A stretch of DNA of 64,000 nt from Octopus sinensis (lineage: Eukaryota), in the NCBI RefSeq assembly GCF_006345805.1, contig NC_043003.1:42594001-42658000 (forward strand), read 5' to 3'. Position 1 is the first letter of the stretch. Each line of letters begins with the position of its first letter. Below the pieces are notes generated by a model. It had not been told where the DNA came from, ran no database searches, and was given only the letters and a program-made list of their open reading frames with translations. Shown here piece after piece: positions 53,951-64,000 of this stretch. The translations under genes were made by a program, and so were the position numbers.

Positions 53951-54540
53951 ATTACACTGACAACGAAATTTATGATGCAGACGACAACGACGAGACAACG
54001 ACCACACCAAAGATGACGACTCGAAAGAGCATAATGATTATGATGAGGTGGAGGGGGAGGGTCAGAAAGAGGAGATGAAGGACAGAAGGCGACGAGTGGT
54101 AGAGGGAGGGAAGGAGGAAAATAGGGAGGGATAGGAGATGGATGAAAATAAGAAATGATGGTGATGAAGCAGTGAAAGAGGACTACGATGTCGATATTCA
54201 GGTGTTACTGGTTTAGGAGTAGAAAGAAGTAAGCAAGGAAAATTGATGAAGGTAATTTGTTATTTCATTGATTATGATAATGATGATAGCGTAGTTGACG
54301 AAGTCCATGAGGTGGATACTGCCTTTGTTTTAGATGATGATGATGTTGGTAGTAGTGGTGGTGGTGGGGGGTGCTGCTGCTGCTGCTGATGATGATGATG
54401 ATTGCTTTATTTGCTGCTGGGGCGGCGGGTATTGAGAACGATACAGACATATTATGTTGTGGGGTTTATTTAAAGTCGAATGATTAGAAAAATTTTTTGA
54501 AATATTATTAAACGTTATATACATATCTTAAGAAAAAGCG

Positions 54541-54993
54541 GGATCTTTTCGGTTTGAACGGCAGTTTTTTCTAGCGGTGTCATATGAAATTGTCACCCAT
54601 AATTATGACCCTAGTATCGATCTATTGCATGTCAATCTGTTTTAGGGTTAGGGTTGGTTAGGGTTAGGGTTACTTAGTGTTAGGGTTAGTTAGGGTTAGG
54701 GGGGAGGGTAATTTTTTTTCTTCACAAATGTAAATAAACCCAATCTGTTTCTTAAACGAGGGACATATTCATACGGCACAGAATGTTTTTTACCTCAATA
54801 GACGTCAGTGATTGGTTGAAATTGCAGAAATTGAAGAAAAAAAACAAACAAATATCTTACAAACTATAGAATTTTCTCAATAAAGCCAAGAGAAAAAGAT
54901 ATTTTATAAACACATTCTACCAGTATACGAAGTTTAAAATTTTTAGTTACTTAGAAATTATGTTAAAAACTGCCGTTCAAACCGAAAAGATCC
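54541..54993. mobile_element. MITE with 29-bp TIRs, 8-bp TSD and internal telomeric repeats
   Basis: TIR GGATCTTTTCGGTTTGAACGGCAGTTTTT; TSD AAAAAGCG at 54533-54540 and 54994-55001; TTAGGG array at 54642-54709. Confidence 0.93.
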
Positions 54994-55244
54994 AAAAAGC
55001 GTTCTGATGATATAATCTTCGTGATAGAAGAGGAGCCTAAAACCAATCAAGAAACTCCACCATGGAAGATCTTCTGAAACACCAAAACTAAATGTGGTCA
55101 CTGCCCTACTAAACTGCATTTAGAAAATCTTTGGTAACGAGGGAGCATGCACGTGGACAAATCTTAAATTTACATATTTATAAAATGGAAAGTACAAATT
55201 AAACCATGTAATCATAGTTAGTAGTTAATCCACATTATTCCACA

Positions 55245-55500
55245 AGGAACAGGGCTGCGTCTGTTTCACGTCAGTGGACCCTATCTTGGGTTACCTCCTT
55301 GATTTCAGAGCAAGGGAGATTGATTGTGTTCGTTTCATCCTTCACGCGTCAATTCTAGGCTTTTTAGGTCGTCCAACTTTTCTCTTGTTGTCAGGTTGTC
55401 TGGCTAACACTTGTCATAGATATATGCATATAGACAAGATGGTTGCAGACCGAATGATTTTTGTCATAGGCCTGATCAATCTATCTTGTGGCTATAAACA
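55245..55500 (-). mobile_element. RTE-like LINE 3' fragment
   Basis: Minus strand VLARQPDNKRKVGRPKKPRID...QDRVH*R...AAL resembles the RTE C-terminal GKRxxGRP...QDRxxWR motif. Confidence 0.55.
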
Positions 55501-55656
55501 GCAAGAAGCATTATGAAATTTACTAAAACCCAAAAACTGTGGCTGCATTTAATATATATTTTAGAAAAATAAAGAAGGAAATAAGTGGAAATTTTATCGG
55601 TGTGGTTGTTAAATTATAAGGCACTAAAAGAGAATGACTCTCCCAAGACACAAGAG

Positions 55657-55719
<63 letters not shown>

Positions 55720-57639
55720 TCCTACCATGTATTTTCTGATTGTAGATTAACCAGTGGGAATGATACTGGACGACAACGCATGGTGTTTGTGTTTATGATA
55801 CATAACTTAGCAGCTGAGTCCACTAACATATAAATTACTACCATTGTCAATATGACTAATTCCACAATTTGGAAGAGAAATGTGAATTTTAGAAGTATAT
55901 TGTTGACTCGTAGGGGAAATAGCTACATTTGATAAACTAAACCGCTTATACAGAGTGTAGTATAAAATTCAGCCGGTTTGTGTAAGGCTATCCAACGAAT
56001 GTCACTTCATCCATGAATCCATTTTATTACATATGCGTACTAGATATTAAATTGTCTGCATTTTCTATCAAGCTAAATTATGAATTGCCTGTTATTATGC
56101 TAATCTAAATGAAGATAAGATCAGAAGTAGCTATAACTTCCTTTGTACTTTAGAGCGATAAAGTGGTGTTTGAGGAAATCTAGTGTATATACTAGAAGCA
56201 AAGTCATGGACAAAGCCCCCAGTTTATATCAAAATTGAAACTGATATATAAAATGTATTCTGTTAGAAACCTGTCTACATTCTATCTAAAGACATATTCC
56301 TAAAAAAAAATAAAATAAAATAAAACTAGAATTTAAGATCACTCTATGTCGATCAGCAGACATTTTGGAGAATGTTAATATCTCTATATCTTCGTTTCAA
56401 CATGTTGAACTCATTAGGAACATAGTGTCGAATTCAACTCCCATGTGCTTAAATTCATCATTCTTACAAGTTCTAAAAAGCTATAAAATATATACTTGTC
56501 TGCAATCAAAAGTAATGCACAGTTACTATTCTGTTGAACTAAATTGCTTCAAGAATTCCATCCAAGGTAATGTTCTCAACTATATAAAAACAGCATGTGT
56601 AATATTTCATTTGGTCTTGTGATAAATACATGTTGGGAGTTTAAAACACAGAGAATATTTTATAGCTGAAGTTTTGAAATGATTTATGGCTAAAGTAATG
56701 TAAAGTATTATTTCCCGACTATTATTAACTTAGTTTTTCATGTACATTGCTTTTTAACGAGATTTCAATCAGTTAATTCTCCTGATGTCTTCAGGAGTTC
56801 TATTCCTGTACATAAATGTTATTTCCACATAAAACGTTTTATTTCTTTTGGGTACTAGATCGAAGACACATAAAATGTGAAGTTAATGTTAAATTACGAA
56901 ATGCTAAATTACTTAAAAGTACAAAAGAATGGTTTTCATATAAAGAATTTATTATTCCTTTTCGCATAAGTCGTCTCCATCTGTTAAGTTCGATGTCACT
57001 TCTCACATGCAATATATTCTTTAACGTTCAGTCTATAAAACATTATATTTTTTGCCACATGTGCGTTCTCTTCAAGGAAAGAAAATGCTGGTAAAGAATT
57101 ATTAGCAGTTTGCCATTAATAACACAAATGTGAATCGAAAGATCGAATGCAGTGGTGTTAAAAATATGTTCCCTTATTTAGCCGCCCAGAACAAAGTACT
57201 CTAATAAAGGTTACAAGACCATGTAAAGATCCAGACAGTATATTATACAATATATTAGGGCTTGTTAAAAATTTGTAAGATATATAATTCTTGGCTCTTC
57301 CCAGAACTGTTTCCAGAGCTGTATCTAGGGTATTGGAAACACCAGCTTACATATGTTGTTATTAGATTTATTTTTCTGCTCTCAAGTGGCCCTTGCTCCA
57401 CTAAATGTTTTGTTTTTCTTTTTGTTCTCACAATTGTATATAGCTCTAGTATTGTTTTGTAGTATTGCGTATTATGAGGACCTACTTGTTCATACCGTCT
57501 CATTCTTCATTTTCTACAAAAGTGACATTCAGGTAGGTAAATTATATGCATATAACATGATATCTCTGCAAAACAAACTTACTTCGCAATAACAAAGCAG
57601 CCAATTACAAGAAAATTGCTTTAAAAATTGTTCTGGTAC

Positions 57640-57850
57640 TTTTTCCATTTTCTGGGATGTAAAATAAGCATCAAGGTAAATTTTTTTGTTCAGTTACTTA
57701 GAGCAATTTCCACAATATTTTGGGAGACGTTAGTGATGAACAGTGAGAAAGATTCCACCAAGAGATAAAGGCAATAGAGGAGAGATATCAATGGAGTTGG
57801 GATGTGAATATGATGGCGGATTACTGTTGAAGTATACGCTTGAATGATTT
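57640..57850 (+). mobile_element. DNA transposase C-terminal fragment (SDEQGERFHQ family; superfamily not assigned)
   Basis: LGCKISIKVNFF...GDVSDEQ*ERFHQEIKAIEERYQWSWDVNMMADYC. Confidence 0.7.
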
Positions 57851-58260
57851 TGCACTGGACTATAACTTGCCGAACGCTAAAACATTTAAGGATGTCTAAG
57901 AAACATATTCATTCTTTCAGAATGTCATTTGAAGATTTTTGCATATAATTTGCAGATTTTGTTGAGCTTAAGATTCTGTGTCAATAAAATAACACGATCC
58001 TAGGCCTCTTTTGTATTTTCTCTATCGTAGGCGAAACGCGTCCCCGTTTTTGGCAATAGTCTTACCAAAATTAAACTATCTGTGCGCAAAATCAGCATAT
58101 ATATATATATTTACACATACGACGGGCTTCTTTCAGTTTCCGTCTACCAAATCCACTCACAAGGCTTTGGTCGGCCAGAGGCTATAGTGGAAGACACTTG
58201 CCCAAGGTGCCACGCAGTAGGACTGAACCCGGAACCATGTGGTTGGTAAGCAAGCTACTT

Positions 58261-60246
58261 TATTTTATAAAATTTGTCATTATAGACAGTACAAAGAATG
58301 TGTAGCTTTGCGGGCTGGACAAACACATTAATGAATGAAAATGAATTAAAATGAATAAATGAGATACGAAACCCAACACCCGCCGATTGGATTTTTCTCG
58401 AAAACATATTTTCTTTTTTAAAAAATCAATATGAGGTTTCAAACCTCTTACAAGAAGGAGGCACTAAAACCTCTTACTTAACATTATTTCTTTTAAAATA
58501 CACAATTGAGGTTATAAACCACTACAAATAATACAAGATGAGGTTTAAAACCCTCTAACGAGGCTTTTTCACCTCCTACTCTTCGATATATTCATTATCT
58601 TCAATGCCGCTTGAGTTCCTGTATCCCGCCGTTTCCCATGCCTCACTCATCTAGGACATGTAAGTCGTGTAAGGGCCACCCGGCCATATACGACACTCCT
58701 CCCCAAAATCCTTTAAGCCTTTCCGACAAGGGAAACATTATGACCTCCACAGCTACCTGCGGAGGCCATTCGGGATCCCGTTTGAAGGACATATCTACTG
58801 TCTCTTTATGTTCTTCTACTATTTTTCCACCTCCCCGCCCTTGTAGAAAATGATAATTAATTCTTAATCTTTAAGGGTGGGGTCGTTTCTTCCACCGTGG
58901 GTGGCACAACTTCGGGACATGCAGACAGCACATCATCTCCCCCCTGCGGTGACCCGTTCTTCTTTCTATTTTTTCTTTTCTTCCTGACTTCGGGAGAGTG
59001 GAGCTCTTCTGCTTTTTCCAGAGTCTCTCCCCCACCTCCCGAAGCCTTAGGTTCCTTCGGCGGGCAACTATTGTTGCCCGCCTTCTTCCTTTTTAATCCT
59101 TTTTGGGTTGAGGAGGCTGAAGCCTCCTCGACCACATCCACCTCTCCCTTTGACCGAGTCGGGGAGGTGGCATCCAGTGACTGTTGCAGTACCTTACCAT
59201 GGTCCTGGGGCAGTTCTTTTTAATGTGGCCTGGCTGCAGGCACGAGTGATACTTGGGGGGGGGGACGTCCCTCAAGTATCACCGGAAACCTGCAGCCAGC
59301 CATTTAAAAAAAATCTGGATAAACCAGATCTGTTGCGGCCGATGTTTGACCCTTCCCAATCGACCGCCGACAATACCCTTACATTTAAGAGCCTGGGCCT
59401 GCTATCCTCCAGTCCCCGTCGGATGGTATCTTCAATCCAACCTGCTTCGGCTCTTATTAATTTCCTTCCGCAATACGACGGGGGGGGGGGCAGAATTTCA
59501 TTGCCTTCTAAAGGCTGACTTGCAAACTGGCGAGCCTTTTTCCCGTTGTCAAACAGTAACCATACGGTTGCATGTTTGACACCACGGGATATGAATTTCA
59601 CAGAGGACAAATAGTCTTTCAGTTCATTTTCTATAACTGGTTTTGAGAAGACGGTGATGGAATCAAGAACTTTAGAACAAGTTCTAAGCACCACCGTCCT
59701 CTCCTCCATATCTTTTAACCACTGCTTAGGCGGGTTAATTTCCCACTCTAAGACAGAGTTCTTCTTTTTAAGTTCCTTCTCTGCCATGTCTAAAAAAACA
59801 ATTCAAAAGACAGTCTGCCAAAAATTAAACCGAATAAAAATAAAACAAAATAAAAGAGAAGGAAAGGAAACTGAAATTAAAATAATGAAAAAAATGAACC
59901 AAAATTTAGAAGAAGGGAAAAATAAAGGAATAAAATCACAAATAGAACAGACAGGTCATTCTTTGTATAGTAATCCAAACAGGTAATCCAATTAGGTTAT
60001 TCTTGAAGTACTTCAGTTCGTAAAAAATTCCACTTTTTCTGGCGAGATACGCCCACTAGAATTTACAAAAAGAATATTCAAGCAAAAATTCTCAATTCAC
60101 CGTTATGGTGATGAGAACACAATATTTTGCTCGCAATAATTGACAATTTTTCCTTTTGTTCTTTTTTCTATTCACGGAGCCCAAAACTCACATCTTCTCA
60201 CTGTAACAGTCCAGACCAACTAGTGTTGCATTCTGGGTAACCGCAA
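58261..60246 (-). mobile_element. 1986-bp retroelement encoding only an ORF1/gag-like zinc-knuckle protein, inserted in a family C SINE
   Basis: 15-bp TSD GTAAGCAAGCTACTT (58246-58260; 60247-60261). The host SINE is split at 58120-58260 and 60247-60285. No RT or endonuclease motif seen. Confidence 0.88.
58640..59787 (-). pseudogene. ORF1-like nucleic-acid-binding protein with CCHC knuckle (frameshifted)
   Basis: ATG at 59787 (MAEKELKKK...), then PPKYHSCLQPGHIKKNCP (C-X2-C-X4-H-X4-C with first C>Y), a Lys/Arg-rich low-complexity stretch, and MSFKRDPEW...LHVLDE*. Confidence 0.7.
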
Positions 60247-61510
60247 GTAAGCAAGCTACTTACCACACAGCCACTCCTGCGCCTATGGTGATAATGAATG
60301 CATTTTTCACACTTTGGTCCACTGCTCTAAAGTCAGACGAGGATGTTAAATAAAGGAAGCTAAATTTTTTGGTGACAAATCAAGAGAGTGTGTATACAAA
60401 GATACTGACGTGATAGGTGAAAACGAATGGCTTATCAGGATTCAGGTCAAAAAATTGCTTCAAAAGCACCTGTCTATTCAACAGAAACATTTCCGTACAT
60501 AAATTCTGTAGGACTATATACCAATTTCTATATACTAATTTCAAATGACTGCTGTGTGAAAGCGATACTGAAAAACCGAGTCACAAAACATTGAGTGTTT
60601 TCAGAGAACATTACGACATTGGAGAGTAGAGTTAACAATAGGAGAAAGATGCAGTTAAGTATTTTCTCAAGTATTTGTCAACCATGAGAATTGCTATATT
60701 TACTTCTCTTGAAACATTCTTGTGTATCTTGAACATTTTTATTAAGTGTGAACATTTGTGTTCACTCTCAGAATATGTAGACATGTTATCGACGACAAAA
60801 TCAACGGCACATTTGATACGTGATGATGATGATGATGATGATGATGACGACGACGACGACGACGATGATAATAATCATAACGATGATGATAATGATGATG
60901 AGGAGGACGACGATGATGACGATGATGTCACTGGCTTAGTCACCAACCAGTAATGATCTTAGTCCATCTAGCTGTAAATAGGTGCCATAGTATTTTACAG
61001 TTGTTCCTTATACTGCGTCCCAGAGCCGAGCACTTAAAATTCTGCAGCTTAGTCTAGCTATGAATAAGTAGGGTCCATACAGCTATAGTTCCTTGTATGA
61101 TATTATAGGTTGTGTTGGTGTTTTTATTGTGGAAACGAGTAACTCTAAGTTTAATATGAAAATGATAGACTGTAGCATTCTTTTCTCATTCACTAAATGC
61201 TGCTGGGAAAAAATTACGTAGTGGAAAAAGATACTCATACAGAATTTGAAAGTTCCAAAAAGTGTTACCATCTCTTTTTAGGCAACTTATTTGCCTGCAT
61301 TCCTGATCAGAAACCTAACTTATGTGATCGTTCTCAACACAAAAATATGCTTAAAATGAAAGTATATCACACGGGAAATCAGAAATCATGCCATCCTTCT
61401 TTGTATTAACCTCATTATTTTCTATTGTAGCTTCACTATGTAGTGATTTTTGTGGTGCTAATTTGTAGAAAGGCTTGTCTTAGAACTCTATAAAATTCTC
61501 TGTTGTTCAG

Positions 61511-61570
61511 GCGCTACAAAGTCGAGGCATTTTGATCGGAAACATAAACATCCTTCTTCAGTGAACGACG
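61511..61570 (+). CDS. Candidate 60-nt internal coding exon of an unidentified host gene
   Basis: Acceptor TTCTCTGTTGTTCAG, donor ACG|GTAAGC; the only open frame is phase 1-1: ATKSRHFDRKHKHPSSVND. Confidence 0.3.
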
Positions 61571-62652
61571 GTAAGCATGTTGTTTCTGGACACCACGAGC
61601 TCATCAGATCTATGCGTCTCTTCGACCACTAAAATTTTGAGTTAAATGGTAATTTAACATCAGCGTCATGTAGTAGATGTCTTTCGACAGATATTTACAA
61701 ATATTGCGTTTACAATTCGCTTTTCCTTGTCAAGTTATTTCGCCAGCGACTGTCATTTCTTGCTTGACTACCTTATTTTCTATTTCCTGTTTACCTGGTT
61801 CTGTTCACTAAGACCCAGGAAATGCTTTCGTTTGTTCTGAACAAATATCTTTCTTACACGAGGAAGGTGTAGCTAATAGCTGCTCGATTACATATTAGCC
61901 AACTAGAAATGAGTAATTTAAACGTTATGCTGTTATTATCTAAAGATATCGTAACATCAACTCACGAAAAAAAAATCTACCTACCTTCTCATGGGAAACA
62001 ACTTCTGACAGAAGGCTTGTATTCAGTGCGACCCTGATATAGTATAGAAACAAATCAGAAACCTCATGAACACACCTTCCCTTTCTAGAAAAATGGTTAC
62101 AGGAATGAATATGCCACTTTCACTTCAGTTTCCTGAATGGCATTGTGATTGAGGTATATACGTAAGAAGGATGACTTCTTAGTCTACCATGCTGATCTAC
62201 TGGAATCTTATTATCAGTGTATGCACATACACATTCCCAGTAGTTGAGAAGAACCTGAAAGACTAAACTTCTTTAGAGGATACCTGAGATAAAGTAGAAT
62301 TTAGGTATGACGAATGCTCTCTAAATGAAAGCATGCATATTACAGAAAGTCGATTTGATTTGTCTACTCGGCGATTTGATGACGCATCAACACAGAAAGC
62401 CGATTAAATACGATAAACTGTGAATCAATCAACTATCTATGCATCTGGCATAGTCTCGATTTACTTGCATTTCAAAATCAACTGAAATCAGAAAACCCCT
62501 CTTTGAAGGAGATATGAAATTTGTACATCTTTGAAATAAATAAATGTGTCCTGAAAAAGTCTCAAAACTTCTGGAAAGAATATTGTATACGTACATGTAC
62601 ATACATAATACATATTACAAGGTCAGGTTTATACCTGTAATATATATGCATG

Positions 62653-62743
<91 letters not shown>

Positions 62744-62984
62744 CATGTATGTATATCTGTAATTATTGGGACCCTGGGATATGTAACACACTACCTAAAT
62801 ACCAATCTTGAGAAATTAGGCTTCTCAAAACCAGAAAGAAGAAAGCTAATTCGTAGACTATAGATCCAATCCATCAATGGAACAGTAAAAATCTGTAAAA
62901 CTTTCCAGAAGTTGATCCTTTAAATATATATGAGTATGTCTAGATATGTAACAATATGCATAAGAATACATACATAAAACATAT

Positions 62985-63370
62985 ATCTGCACATACATAC
63001 GTACATACATACATACATACATACATACATACATACATACATACATGCATGCATGCATGCATACATACATACATACATGCATGCATGCATGCATGCATGC
63101 ATACATACATACATACATACATACATACATACATCATACATACATACATACATACATGCATACATGCATGCATGCATGCATACATACATACATACATGCA
63201 TGCATGCATGCATGCATACATACATACATACATACATACATACATACATGCATGCATGCATGCATACATACATACATACATGCATGCATGCATGCATACA
63301 TACATACATACATACATACATACATACATACATACATACATACATACATACATACATGCATGCATACATA
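62985..63370. repeat. Compound (CATA)n/(CATG)n microsatellite
   Basis: Alternating blocks of CATA and CATG units; explains the overlapping YVCM/YIHT ORFs. Confidence 0.95.
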
Positions 63371-63876
63371 TCATTTACTTGTTACAGTCATTAGAAATGA
63401 GCTATGTTGGAGCACTGCCTTGGAGAAATTTTTAGTCGAAAGAATCGAATTCACTAATTTTTTTAAAGCCTAGTACTTATTCCATCGGTCTCTTTTGCTG
63501 AACATCTAAGTTACAGGACGTAAACACATCAATAACACCAGTTGTCAAGCGTTGGTGGGGGACAAACACTGAAAAAAAGACACACACACATTTATATATC
63601 TTATCTACTGCCTATATTCTGTGTATATATATATGTATACATATAGATATCCTATTTTGGCCCTCTGTAAAAATCCTAAAAAGTATATTTAATTTGCTTT
63701 GCAGGAGCAATTGTTTTATCGAAAGCGTATATTGTTGTTAAATGCTCGAAATACGAGACGAGAGAAACAGCCAACAACTGATGAAGGGTCGTTCTTTATG
63801 TTGTTTACGTTGTTTTCCATTTGAGTCTTTTGTTGTTCGAAAGATATATACGTATAGATGTAGGTATGTACATATG

Positions 63877-63989
<113 letters not shown>

Positions 63990-64000
63990 TATATATATTA

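Noticed and set aside
63740-63800. Possible type II hammerhead (GAAA before CTGATGA) in the 48465/63728 repeat
   Set aside because: Stem II pairing is weak and differs between the two copies, and there is no consistent stem III/NUH.

Overview
AT-rich, microsatellite-saturated animal genomic DNA. The repeat families resemble those of coleoid cephalopods (Octopus-like); this is inferred from recalled repeat sequences, not from a search. There is a 100-N scaffold gap at 40246-40345. No host gene could be identified; only a few candidate exons were seen, and most ORFs in the supplied track are microsatellite translations. The window is a transposon graveyard: Tc1/mariner elements (DD36E, DD37D, mariner), a FLYWCH-Mutator element and MITEs, RTE, HERO-like and other RLE-type LINE fragments, Penelope-like (PLE) fragments and several tRNA-derived SINE families. 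The main unexplained structure has four parts: (i) at least six unrelated repeat sequences carrying hammerhead-ribozyme folds, including a retrozyme-like 388-nt unit, a Pol III SINE head fused to a hammerhead tail, and a recurrent CUGUUGA core variant; (ii) two adjacent fold-back palindromes (124 bp and about 930 bp) with hammerhead-like motifs, the larger built from a PLE 3' end; (iii) a 2-kb TSD-flanked retroelement encoding only a zinc-knuckle ORF1-like protein (half-LINE-like), with a second 5'-truncated copy inserted in the Tc1 element; (iv) a MITE carrying telomeric TTAGGG repeats.
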